Shown here: piece by piece, positions 9,261-17,503 of the stretch
Position numbering within the stretch: position 1 is the stretch's first letter
Layout: the number at the start of each line of letters is the position of its first letter
From: Synechococcus sp.
GTDB taxonomy: Bacteria > Cyanobacteriota > Cyanobacteriia > Thermostichales > PCC-7336
Direction: 5' to 3'
Assembly: GCA_051439605.1 (NCBI GenBank)
Contig: JBFRWN010000142.1
Span: 1 to 64,000, forward strand
DNA length: 64,000 nucleotides
The notes under the pieces: generated by a model
What the model saw: only the letters and a program-made list of their open reading frames with translations
What the model was told of the DNA's origin: nothing
The model's database searches: none
Made by a program: the position numbers and the translations under genes

Positions 9261-10478
9261 ATGACGAGACTGAGAACAGATCCTGAGTTTTTTTTAACGC
9301 AAAAGCCATCTTTTAACGAACCGATGCAGACCGAAAGAGAGGTGGAGCGATCGCTGTCCGCAGACACCTCCTTCCGGTTTGCCGATGAGTTTGGACCGGC
9401 TAAGGTGAGCCACATTTACGAACCGCTCACGGGGTTAAAGGCTATTCTCGTCGTGGACAACGTAGCTTGCGGTCCATCCATTGGGGGCATCCGCATGGCA
9501 CCGGACGTCACCACCGAAGAAGTTTTTCGGCTGGCCCGAGCCATGACCCTGAAGAATGCTGCTGCCGGACTTCCCCACGGGGGTGGTAAGGCAGCTATCT
9601 TAGCCGATCCGAAGCTACCGCTATCCGACAAAGAACGGTTAATCCGTACTTTTGCCCGCGCCATTCGGGGCGTCACCGAGTACATTCCCGGCCCCAACAT
9701 GGGCACCGACGAGTGCTGCATGGCCTGGATTCAGGACGAGATTGGTCGCGCGGTCGGGCTGCCTCCAGAACTGGGTGGTATTCCCCTCGACGAGATTGGG
9801 GCAACGGGGTTCGGCCTCAGTATTTCGACAGAGGTCGCCAGCCGGTTTTGCGATCTCGACCTAAAAGGAGCCCGACTGGTGGTGCAGGGGTTCGGCTCGG
9901 TGGGCAAGCATGCTGCCCGCTTTTTACAGGAGAAAGGGGTTGTCCTGGTGGGAGCGGCAGATTCTCAAGGAACGCTGTTCGATCCCCACGGCATCGATCT
10001 CGATCGCCTGATATCGCTCAAACGTGCCGGTAAAAGCGTGGTTGACAGTCCGGCAGGGGAGAAACGCGATCGCGATGCAATTGTCGATATCGAATGCGAT
10101 ATTTGGCTACCGGCAGCCAGGCCCGATGTCATTTCTCAAGACAATGTGGCACGGTTGCAAACCAAGCTGGTGGTTCAGGGGGCAAACATTCCGTTTACGA
10201 CAGCGGCAGAGCGCATCTGTCACGAGAGGAACATTCTCATCGTCCCCGATTTCATTGCCAACGCTGGCGGCGTGATCTGTGCTGCTGTTGAGTATCGAGG
10301 GGGCACTCAAATCCTCGCCTTTCAGACCATTAAAGAGAAAGTTCGCACCAATACCGAACTCGTGTTGGAGAAAGCTGCTCGGACAGGCAAACTGCCCCGG
10401 GAGGTTGCTGTCGACCTTGCCGAACAGCGGGTCCGCACTGCAATGGGTTATCGCCACCCGATCTCTTGTGCCTTTTAA
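9261..10478 (+). CDS. Glu/Leu/Phe/Val dehydrogenase family protein
   Basis: GGIRM, LARAMTLK, GGGKA, ATGFG, VQGFGSVG, QGAN, PDFIANAGGV. Start uncertain (9207, 9261 or 9324). Confidence 0.88.
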   Translation: MTRLRTDPEFFLTQKPSFNEPMQTEREVERSLSADTSFRFADEFGPAKVSHIYEPLTGLKAILVVDNVACGPSIGGIRMAPDVTTEEVFRLARAMTLKNAAAGLPHGGGKAAILADPKLPLSDKERLIRTFARAIRGVTEYIPGPNMGTDECCMAWIQDEIGRAVGLPPELGGIPLDEIGATGFGLSISTEVASRFCDLDLKGARLVVQGFGSVGKHAARFLQEKGVVLVGAADSQGTLFDPHGIDLDRLISLKRAGKSVVDSPAGEKRDRDAIVDIECDIWLPAARPDVISQDNVARLQTKLVVQGANIPFTTAAERICHERNILIVPDFIANAGGVICAAVEYRGGTQILAFQTIKEKVRTNTELVLEKAARTGKLPREVAVDLAEQRVRTAMGYRHPISCAF

Positions 10479-10484
10479 ACGAGA

Positions 10485-11306
10485 GTGGACGTAAAACAAT
10501 CGCTCAAAGACAGAGTTATGCAGGCCATCCTCATCGATCTGGACGGTGTAATTTACCAGGGAGAGGACGTCATTCCTGGGGCTGCAGACACGATTGCCTG
10601 GCTGGCAAAGAACCGGATTCCACACCTGTACCTGACCAATACAACCTCACGTCCGCGCAGCGCCCTAGTGCAGAAGCTAGCTGGCATGGGCATTGCAATC
10701 AAAGAGCAACAAATTCTCACCCCTCCTGTCGCTGCCGCGCGATGGCTCGCCGAACATGCACCCGGTCCTGCTGCCCTGTTCGTGCCCCAGCCGACGCTGT
10801 GTGACTTTGCTTCCCTGACCCCCTTTACCGACGGGGACGATACGGCTCCTGCCAGCATCGTCGTGGGAGATTTGGGGGAAGCCTGGGACTTTGCCACTTT
10901 GAATTGTGCTTTTCGACTGTTGATGGCAAAGCCAGCTCCAGCGTTTGTGGCTTTGGGGATGACACGCTATTGGCGAGCTCCAGATGGCTTGAGACTCGAC
11001 GTTGCGCCCTTTGTGGCAGCCCTCGAGTGTGCCTCGGGGCAGCAGGCAGTTGTACTGGGGAAACCAGCGAAGTCCTTCTTTGAAGCAGCGTTACTTTCCA
11101 TCGGTTCCAGCCCATCCAACACAGTGACAATTGGCGACGATATCGTAGGCGACGTTCGAGGGGCTCAACAGGCTGGATTACAAGGCATCTTAGTTCGCAC
11201 CGGAAAATTTCTGGAAACCGATCTGCCTGGCCCCATCCAACCGGATGCCGTTCTCGATTCAATTGCACACCTGCCTTCGTGGTGGAGGCAGCAAGAAGCC
11301 ACTTAG
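10485..11306 (+). CDS. HAD-IIA hydrolase (LHPP/HDHD2-like)
   Basis: DLDGV motif I, LTNTT, LGKP, IGDDIVGDV, VRTGK; start GTG 10485 or ATG 10518. Confidence 0.85.
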   Translation: MDVKQSLKDRVMQAILIDLDGVIYQGEDVIPGAADTIAWLAKNRIPHLYLTNTTSRPRSALVQKLAGMGIAIKEQQILTPPVAAARWLAEHAPGPAALFVPQPTLCDFASLTPFTDGDDTAPASIVVGDLGEAWDFATLNCAFRLLMAKPAPAFVALGMTRYWRAPDGLRLDVAPFVAALECASGQQAVVLGKPAKSFFEAALLSIGSSPSNTVTIGDDIVGDVRGAQQAGLQGILVRTGKFLETDLPGPIQPDAVLDSIAHLPSWWRQQEAT

Positions 11307-11420
11307 CCCCGAAACGCGATTGGCACGAATTCTCCTCTAGCACTCATCTCCACGAAAAGCTCATCTTTGCTTGAGATAATAAATAAGGGACCTCTGCGAC
11401 ACTCGTTGGAGGGTGGAGAT

Positions 11421-11957
11421 ATGAATACAGCCGAACTGATGGAACAATACACTGCCGGTAAGCGAGATTTCCGGGGAATTGAAATCAGTGAATCCGAACT
11501 GAGCGGGGTGGATTTAAGAGACTCGAAACTTGACCAGTCGGATTTGCACGGTACGACTTTTATTCAGGCAAATTTGGCTGGGGTCAGCCTGAGAGCCGCC
11601 AATCTGAGCAGGGCCAACCTGAGCGAGGCGAACCTCAGAGATACCGATCTGAGAGGCAGCTACCTCAGGGATGCCATCCTGGAAGGAGCCGATCTGAACG
11701 AGGCTGACTTGTCCGATTCGTCTTTAGACGGAGCTGACTTACGAGGTAGCGATCTGGAACTGGCCGACCTGACCAATGCCAGTCTCTGCGATGCCGACCT
11801 CAGTGGAGCCAATTTGAGCGGTTCGATTTTAAATGGTGCAGATTTAATCGGTGTAGATTTACATCACGCTCATCTTGAAGGAGCTTGCTACAACAAAGAC
11901 ACGCGCTTCAATCCAAATTTTAATCCGACTACTGCCGGGCTGAATCGAGCCAACTAG
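11421..11957 (+). CDS. Pentapeptide repeat protein
   Basis: ELMEQYTAGKRDF N-terminus and tandem A(D/N)LXX repeats; SD-like GGAG before ATG 11421. Confidence 0.9.
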   Translation: MNTAELMEQYTAGKRDFRGIEISESELSGVDLRDSKLDQSDLHGTTFIQANLAGVSLRAANLSRANLSEANLRDTDLRGSYLRDAILEGADLNEADLSDSSLDGADLRGSDLELADLTNASLCDADLSGANLSGSILNGADLIGVDLHHAHLEGACYNKDTRFNPNFNPTTAGLNRAN

Positions 11958-12333
11958 TATTGGGAACAAGACAATCTGCAGGGAGACAGACGGTGGGCTC
12001 TAGTAAGGGTCTCAGCCAGAAGCTAGTCCGATGAGGGATGGCTTGTAAACAGCGGTAGTTGGATTCGCTTAACAGCCGAGAAACTTAGCAATTTCAGGTC
12101 AATGAATATTAGTTGTCGATCTCCCAATGGCAAACAAGTTGACCGTCGCAAAGTATCCATCGTGCTCGGGGTCGATCTTTCTCGGTCTGTTTCCCACCAT
12201 CAATCACTTGCAATCTTTGAACGAGATGGACAGGCAATACGTCTTACTCGTTGCGAGCGAGGGAAATCGAGTACATTTGTCTCACTCCAAAGCAACTTGA
12301 TGAAATTTTGTTTGATGAAATTGATTCGCTTGC

Positions 12334-12555
12334 TTATGCAGTAGCCCATCCAGCGATATCGAGGATGATGTTTCTCTCAAGGGTTGCTGGGGTGTGACGA
12401 CCAAAGAACTGGATGTCTGCGGGTAAGGTCGCGGGGGACTTAACCGGGCTGATGACGTTGGCCTTACGACCAAGAAATGTTGCTTGCTGTTTGGTCTCAA
12501 CGGTTTCGAATGCAGATGCTTGGCAAGCGATGCCGCGGTAGGTCAAAGAGGCCAT
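12334..12555 (-). CDS. Small DUF4278-like protein
   Basis: LTYRG N-terminal motif plus internal FLGR/FFGR repeats; GGAG upstream. Confidence 0.6.
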   Translation of the reverse strand: MASLTYRGIACQASAFETVETKQQATFLGRKANVISPVKSPATLPADIQFFGRHTPATLERNIILDIAGWATA

Positions 12556-12690
12556 GATGTCTTACTCCAGTAGTGAGTGGGCTGCGCCCTTTGCTTCGAT
12601 ATCCTCAGTATCCCGAAACCTCCGAGCAGAGAAAATCCCGAAAAGTTCAGGAGAAAGTTCAGGTTTGTTCAGGTGCTGAACGAGGATTGA

Positions 12691-12975
12691 CTATTGGGTG
12701 GAGTGGAACCGTCTTTTCTCCCTCATAGGTGTAAGTAATTGAGCTGTTGTGTCGAATGCTTTCTCCGAAGAAGTCAAGGGGGACGGGGACGTCTGAGGCT
12801 CGGTCAATTGAGGAGTTTCCCTCGTTAGAATGGGACCAACGATCGCCGTGATAATGGCTGCCACAACTGTAGCGATACCCGTAATGATGGCTACCGTCAC
12901 GGCGGGGTCTCTTTCTCTGGAAGATGTGGTCTTCTCCGGGGGTCGATCGCTTTTAGATGGTTTTTTGTCTGTCAT
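12691..12975 (-). CDS. Small single-TM hypothetical protein
   Basis: Hydrophobic stretch AVTVAIITGIATVVAAIITAIVG followed by a Pro/Thr/Ser-rich linker; GGAG upstream. Confidence 0.5.
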   Translation of the reverse strand: MTDKKPSKSDRPPEKTTSSRERDPAVTVAIITGIATVVAAIITAIVGPILTRETPQLTEPQTSPSPLTSSEKAFDTTAQLLTPMREKRRFHSTQ

Positions 12976-13108
12976 GAATCATCGCTCCAACGCTCGCTTA
13001 TAGCGAGACTGCGGTCAGGTTTGGATCGGAGTTACGCGGAAAGGGCGGGGAAGAGGTGCTGCCACTCGGAGGGCTTTATGCACATTTGACGCACCAATGA
13101 AGTACCAT

Positions 13109-13131
13109 TTGATTATAGTTACATAATTCAA
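13109..13131. promoter_or_regulatory. Imperfect inverted-repeat operator upstream of umuD
   Basis: TTGATTATAGTTACATAATTCAA, 14 nt before the umuD ATG. Confidence 0.6.
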
Positions 13132-13145
13132 ATGGATACGCCACC

Positions 13146-13748
13146 ATGAAAAATAAACACGGCGGAAAGAGGTCCGGCGCAGGGCGGCCCAAGGGGACAG
13201 GCCGCAAATTCAAAGAGCCCACCGTGGTGAAACGGATCCCCCAAAGCCGCGTACCGGAAGTTGAAGCGCTGATTTCCCAGCCCCAAGAGCAGTTGGGCAT
13301 AAATTCCAATGGGCCGAACATCAACGTGGTGGATATTCGGGTGGCTGCCCCCTCTCCTGGCAAGCAGGAACGTCCCCTGTTTGCCTCCCGAGTACCTGCA
13401 GGCTTTCCTTCTCCAGCAGATGACTATATCGAAATGCATCTCGACCTGAACGAGTATCTCGTCGACCAGCCGGCAGCCACCTATCACGTCCAAGTCAGCG
13501 GGGATTCCATGGTGGGGGCCGGAATTATGGATGGGGACATCCTGGTAGTCAACCGGTCGCAAGAGGCTGCCCACAACGCAATCGTGGTGGCGATCGTCGA
13601 TGGCGAACCCACCGTTAAACGCCTCTACTGGCAGAATTCCGACATTGAACTGCAACCGGAAAACCCCGCCTATCCGGCGATTCGGATTTCCGCAGAACAA
13701 GATTTGCAAATTTGGGGGGTGGTCACAGGTGTCGTCCGCAAACTCTAA
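13146..13748 (+). CDS. umuD: UmuD/LexA-family S24 autopeptidase with basic N-terminal extension (UmuDAb-like)
   Basis: VPAGFPSPADDY cleavage site, GDSM (Ser), TVKRL (Lys); N-terminus HGGKRSGAGRP...EPTVVKRIPQS. Confidence 0.9.
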   Translation: MKNKHGGKRSGAGRPKGTGRKFKEPTVVKRIPQSRVPEVEALISQPQEQLGINSNGPNINVVDIRVAAPSPGKQERPLFASRVPAGFPSPADDYIEMHLDLNEYLVDQPAATYHVQVSGDSMVGAGIMDGDILVVNRSQEAAHNAIVVAIVDGEPTVKRLYWQNSDIELQPENPAYPAIRISAEQDLQIWGVVTGVVRKL

Positions 13749-15018
13749 TCTCCGTTCCCGCCGCATCGCACTGGTGGACTGCAATAACTTTTACTGCTCC
13801 TGCGAACGGGTGTTTCAACCTCAATGGGCGCATCGACCGATCGCCGTTCTCAGCAATAACGACGGATGTATCGTGGCCCGCTCCAACGAACTCAAGGACC
13901 TCAAAGTCCCGATGGGGGCCCCCTACTTCAAGTGGAAGACCTTTCTCAGTCGCCACAACGCGGTGGTGGTGTCCAGCAACTACAGCCTCTACGGGGATAT
14001 GTCCGCCAGAGTGATGAGTACGTTGGGTCGCTTCACCCCCGATATGGACATCTATTCCATCGACGAGGCTTGGTTGGATCTGACCCACTTCAATCCCGCG
14101 AGTCTAGATGCCTACGGTCGGGACATCGTGCTGACCGTGAGGCAATGGACGGGCATCCCCGTCTCAATCGGCATAGCCCCCACCCGAGTCTTGGCAAAAA
14201 TTGCCAACCGCATCGCCAAGAAGCGCAAGATCTCCGGTGGGGTGTTCAACTTGGGTGGGGCCGAGCATCTAGAAGACGTTTTGGAAACGATCGCGGTGGA
14301 GGATATCTGGGGCATCGGCCGTCGCTGGGGTCGGCGCTTGCGCAGCATCGGAATCCAGTCGGCGCAAGAGTTACGGGCAGCCGATCTCGAGATGATCCGC
14401 AAGCGTTTTGGGGTGGTGATGCAGCGGATTGTGTTTGAGCTGCGAGGAATTAACTGCATCGAAGCGGAGGCGTTTGCTCCCAAACAGCAAATAATGTGTT
14501 CCCGTTCCTTCGGCCAGCGGGTGACGTCCCTGGAACACCTACGGCAGTCGGTCACGATGCATGTCAGCCGTGCGGCTGAGAAGCTGCGCTCCCAAAACTC
14601 CATTTGCGGATTGGCCCAGGTGTTTATTCGCACGGGACTGTTCAATCCACAAGAACCTACTTACAGCCAGCACGCCATCGTTCAATTCCCCGTTCCTACC
14701 TCAGATACCCGTTCTATAGCTAGTGGAGCGTTGCAGGCTCTGGATTCCATCTATCGCGAGGGATTCCGCTATGCCAAGGCAGGAGTGATTCTGATGGATC
14801 TTTCCTCATCCGAGGGGGTGCAATCGGATTTATTTCACCCTGCCGACAGCAAGCGATCGCAGGTGTTGATGCAAACGGTCGACTCCATCAATCAGAGAAT
14901 GGGACGGCGATCGGTGTTCTTTGGAGGGGAGGGGACGCAGCGGGTCTGGTTGATGAAGCGGGGGATGACGACCAAAGCCTACACCACCCGTTGGTCTGAA
15001 TTGCTGGTGGTACGGTGA
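13729..15018 (+). CDS. umuC: Y-family translesion DNA polymerase V subunit
   Basis: ALVDCNNFYCSCE, VLSNNDGC, SSNYSLYGDMS, YSIDE, IWGIG, SRSFG and C-terminal YTTRW; likely GTG start at 13729 overlapping the umuD end. Confidence 0.92.
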   Translation: MSSANSNLRSRRIALVDCNNFYCSCERVFQPQWAHRPIAVLSNNDGCIVARSNELKDLKVPMGAPYFKWKTFLSRHNAVVVSSNYSLYGDMSARVMSTLGRFTPDMDIYSIDEAWLDLTHFNPASLDAYGRDIVLTVRQWTGIPVSIGIAPTRVLAKIANRIAKKRKISGGVFNLGGAEHLEDVLETIAVEDIWGIGRRWGRRLRSIGIQSAQELRAADLEMIRKRFGVVMQRIVFELRGINCIEAEAFAPKQQIMCSRSFGQRVTSLEHLRQSVTMHVSRAAEKLRSQNSICGLAQVFIRTGLFNPQEPTYSQHAIVQFPVPTSDTRSIASGALQALDSIYREGFRYAKAGVILMDLSSSEGVQSDLFHPADSKRSQVLMQTVDSINQRMGRRSVFFGGEGTQRVWLMKRGMTTKAYTTRWSELLVVR

Positions 15019-15056
15019 CGGGTCGGGTAGCAGGCTCGTATTGCTATCCGACCCGT
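15018..15056. terminator. Hairpin between the convergent umuC and secreted-protein genes
   Basis: ACGGGTCGGGTAGCA ... TGCTATCCGACCCGT inverted repeat. Confidence 0.7.
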
Positions 15057-15066
15057 TAGAAGTCCG

Positions 15067-15651
15067 CTAGGAGCAGGAGTGGTTAACGAACACGTTCACC
15101 GTGCGGGAGTTATTTGAGGGGTTGCTATCCCCATCCGGTGTGACAGTGGCGTTGAGATCGTAGCTAAACACCTCGGGGAAATCGACGGTCGTAAATTCAA
15201 TCCAAGTGTGTTGACCGGCTGGAATGGCACTAAAGGATCGGGTGTAAGTCACATCGACAGTCGGAGCGTTGAAATAATCGGAATCGTCGATGGGTTCGGG
15301 AACTGTAAGAGTGACAGTACCGTTGGGGCCAACCGTTTCGCCGATGTTGCTGACTAAAACTCTGACGACATTATTGCAATTACCGTATTTCCAAATCCCT
15401 TGGGGACCGCTGGTGGGAGCACTGGGAGCAAACGCTTGATAGTCGTAGCCACCGCTATTGTTGAGGGGCTGAACGGTGTTGGAGCGTTGAGGTTGCCGGC
15501 GAGGGATAGTTCGCTGCACCTGTAATTGGGAACCTTGGCGCAGGGATTGGGTAGAGAGGAAAGGACGGGCTTGGACGATGGGAGTAGCTAAGAGGCTCAA
15601 ACCAATAAAGGCGAAAACCTTAGATGCGGTGGAGTGGAAGGTCACGGTCAA
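15067..15651 (-). CDS. Secreted hypothetical protein with CARDB/Ig-like C-terminus
   Basis: Signal peptide (FAFIGLSLLATPIVQA), VSNIG, and a C-terminal DSNPSNNS motif. Confidence 0.6.
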   Translation of the reverse strand: MTVTFHSTASKVFAFIGLSLLATPIVQARPFLSTQSLRQGSQLQVQRTIPRRQPQRSNTVQPLNNSGGYDYQAFAPSAPTSGPQGIWKYGNCNNVVRVLVSNIGETVGPNGTVTLTVPEPIDDSDYFNAPTVDVTYTRSFSAIPAGQHTWIEFTTVDFPEVFSYDLNATVTPDGDSNPSNNSRTVNVFVNHSCS

Positions 15652-15865
15652 TCTCTCAGAAACTTCATGAATTCAGCCTATTTCGACCGCCCACAGAACT
15701 CAGCGATCGCAATCTACAGCCGCCTGCGATCGCGATCGCTTGACCTCAATTGAGAAGATTGGCCCGTTGAGCTTGAAGGAGAAGAAGAATGAAAACCATC
15801 GATTTAGACGGCATGTAACTTCTCGATGGATTGCGCTGACATGGGGGGTCTTCAGAGGGTAAGAA

Positions 15866-15950
15866 AGGCAACGATTCTGGCGAATGAAGCAGAGGATGAC
15901 GACGCCAAGCCTACACAACTCGCTGATCTGAACTGCTGGTGGTACGGTGA
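15866..15950 (+). pseudogene. Decayed second copy of the umuC 3' end
   Basis: 15884-15950 aligns to 14953-15018 with about 8 mismatches, a 1-nt insertion and TGG->TGA; reads ...WRMKQRMTT/QAYTTR*SELLVVR*. Confidence 0.85.
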
Positions 15951-15984
15951 GCGATGTGTCACCTATCCATGTGGAGTGAAGCCA

Positions 15985-16656
15985 GTGTGCGGTCGCTATT
16001 CCCTGACCAGTTCTGCAGAGGAGGTGGCGGAACATTTTGGTTTGGAGCAGCTGCCACCCGTTCTGCCGCGTTACAACATCGCTCCTTCCCAACCCATTGC
16101 AACGATCCGCAGCAATTTGAGAGGAGAACAAGAGTTTGCGTTTGCCCTCTGGGGGCTAATTCCCATTTGGTCGAAGACTCTCGATGACAAAGGGCCGCGT
16201 CCGATTAATGCTAGATCGGAAACGATCGCCGAGAAGAAAATGTTTAAGGGGATTCTGCGCCACAGACGCTGTTTGATTCCGGCGGATGGCTTTTACGAGT
16301 GGAAGAAAGAAGGGAAGGTCAAACACCCGTATCACATTCACTTCAAAGATCGGCGACCCTTTGCGTTTGCTGGGCTGTGGAGTTTGTGGTCCGGTCCCAA
16401 TGGTGAGGAATTAGAGTCCTGCACCATCATGACTACTGCTGCGAACAAAACGATGCGGGAAGTTCACGAGCGAATGCCTGTGATATTGGCTCGGGAGAGT
16501 TACGGCGATTGGCTAGATAGTCAGCGACAGAGTACTTCTGAAGCCGCCAAGATACTTCAGAACATCGAGCGCGAACCGTTGGTGCTGACGGAAGTGAGTA
16601 GTCTGGTGAATAACCCCCGCAACGATGTGGAGGGGTGCTTAACTCCGGTTTCTTGA
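15985..16656 (+). CDS. SOS response-associated peptidase (SRAP/HMCES-YedK family)
   Basis: A GTG start gives the MCGRY N-terminus (Cys2); also RYNIAPSQ, WGLIP, INARSET, RCLIPADGFYEW, HERMPVIL. Confidence 0.92.
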   Translation: MCGRYSLTSSAEEVAEHFGLEQLPPVLPRYNIAPSQPIATIRSNLRGEQEFAFALWGLIPIWSKTLDDKGPRPINARSETIAEKKMFKGILRHRRCLIPADGFYEWKKEGKVKHPYHIHFKDRRPFAFAGLWSLWSGPNGEELESCTIMTTAANKTMREVHERMPVILARESYGDWLDSQRQSTSEAAKILQNIEREPLVLTEVSSLVNNPRNDVEGCLTPVS

Positions 16657-16745
16657 GGCTATTACATAGAGGGTGAACGAAACCGGAAGAATCCATATAT
16701 GGCAAAGCGATAGCGATAGCCTTGGCGCAGTTTCCTGTCCTAAAA

Positions 16746-17378
16746 CTAGTTAAGGGTTTCCTTCAACTGCGCGGATAGCTCTAAATATTGCTGATAGTAG
16801 TCAATCGCTTCGCGGTATCTCCCTAGTTCTCCGTAAGCAGCTCCCAAATTCTCTAGAGCAGTCGCTTCCCCCTCACGGTCTTCCAGCTCTCGGAAGAGCT
16901 CTAAGGCTTGCTGAAGGTAGCCAACTGCCTTTCTATCGTTCTCGAGCAATCGGTTAGAAATCCCCAAAGTTCCAAGGGAATTTGCTTCAATCTCACGATT
17001 GCCAATCCTACGAGCTATTGTCAGAGCCTTTTTTGTCGATTCGATAGAATCTTGGAACTGAGACAGAAACTGGAAGGCAATCCCCACATTCTTTAATGCC
17101 CGTGCCTCCATCTCTTCATTTTCAACCAGGGAAAATTCCTCCGCCGCTGCGTTACATGCTTCAAGGGCATAGTCAGCTTCACCATCCCTCAAATGCTGCC
17201 TACACAGCTCAAAAAACTGCTCTCCTCTTGAGGCCATAGCCGTTTGTGCAGTCACCTCCCCAGTAAGGAAAAACTGCAGAGGCAGAGGATTCAATAAGGC
17301 AAAAGACAGGAAAAACACCAAAAACCTTTGAGCCGTTAATCCCTTAAGCCAATATCGCTGCTCAGAGAATGCCTTCAT
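16746..17378 (-). CDS. Secreted tetratricopeptide repeat protein
   Basis: Hydrophobic signal region followed by TPR repeats (EANSLGTLG, EATALENLGAAY); start uncertain (17378 or 17477). Confidence 0.75.
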   Translation of the reverse strand: MKAFSEQRYWLKGLTAQRFLVFFLSFALLNPLPLQFFLTGEVTAQTAMASRGEQFFELCRQHLRDGEADYALEACNAAAEEFSLVENEEMEARALKNVGIAFQFLSQFQDSIESTKKALTIARRIGNREIEANSLGTLGISNRLLENDRKAVGYLQQALELFRELEDREGEATALENLGAAYGELGRYREAIDYYQQYLELSAQLKETLN

Positions 17379-17503
17379 GTTAAAACACTCAAACAAATCA
17401 GATAAATCATGAAAGAAGGAACGGAACATCGAACATTGTGTGAACGCCCCAAACCGATACAATCCAATATAAGCCAATTAAATAAAGCCCAATTTTCACC
17501 TCT

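Noticed and set aside
13101..13114. Cyanobacterial LexA box (AGTAC half-site)
   Set aside because: The second half-site is absent (AGTAC-CAT-TTGATT)
13600..13728. Extended N-terminus of UmuC in the ORF track
   Set aside because: Overlaps umuD extensively; GTG 13729 gives a normal UmuC start
13128..13784. 218-aa minus-strand ORF
   Set aside because: Antisense shadow of umuD
15826..15984. N-terminal extension of SRAP in the ORF track
   Set aside because: SRAP needs Cys at position 2 (GTG 15985); the upstream DNA is largely the umuC remnant
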